Part shown: piece after piece, positions 44,900 through 44,990 of the stretch | Layout: each line of letters starts with the position of its first letter | Numbering within the stretch: the first letter of the stretch is position 1 | Source: a virus | Reading direction: 5' to 3' (one strand) | UHGV virus genome: UHGV-0386548 | DNA length: 44,990 nt | The notes under the pieces: model-generated | What the model was told of the DNA's origin: nothing | What the model saw: only the letters and a program-made list of their open reading frames with translations | Databases searched by the model: none | Position numbers and translations under genes: made by a program

Positions 44900-44990
44900 A
44901 ATAGTTATAATCTTTTAGTTCTATTTAGAAAATAAATCTTTGAAAACACTGTACTTATGGCTATTTAGTTTTATTTAGACATTTATTTTT

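Noticed and set aside
44740-44990. Possible lysogenic-conversion cargo (toxin or immune-evasion genes) downstream of the endolysin
   Set aside because: Only ~250 bp remain. They contain two terminator hairpins and short repeats and no ORF, so no cargo is encoded here.
1-44990. tRNA or other structured RNA genes
   Set aside because: No cloverleaf-compatible segment with the conserved GTTC-loop or anticodon stem signatures was spotted by eye. A tRNAscan-type search would be needed to be certain.

Overview
The window reads as a near-complete temperate Staphylococcus-type siphovirus genome (low GC, mostly + strand) in classic modular order. The modules run as follows: a minus-strand lysogeny module holding a tyrosine integrase, two lipoproteins and an S24-type cI repressor; a divergent cI/cro switch, then cro and a Bro-N antirepressor; a recombination/replication module (Sak4-like ATPase, an SSB with a DDLPF tail, an HNH-like protein, an AP2-domain protein, a DnaD-like initiator with internal iterons, a DnaC-like loader); a long run of small early genes, including an SNase-like nuclease and a trimeric dUTPase; RinA; two inserted small genes, the second with its own promoter and terminator; TerS and TerL; portal, Mu-F-like head protein, a hyper-acidic protein, scaffold, major capsid and head-tail connectors; major tail, a G/GT chaperone pair in -1 frame arrangement and a 1265-aa tape measure; Dit, a Tal-like protein, a tail protein with an M14 zinc-peptidase signature, a CHAP+glucosaminidase virion hydrolase, a collagen-like fibre and an XkdX-like protein; holin and a CHAP-Amidase_3-SH3b endolysin. 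Similar direct repeats (GTGTCAAATAnGTGTCAA) sit close to both window ends, which fits integrase arm-type sites flanking attP and suggests the genome was linearised near attP. No CRISPR, rRNA or tRNA was recognised. I cannot name a single clear-cut novel system with confidence. The most suspicious accessory loci are the duplicated-leader lipoprotein pair between int and cI, the small-gene insertion between rinA and terS, the hyper-acidic head-module protein, and the M14-like tail peptidase.
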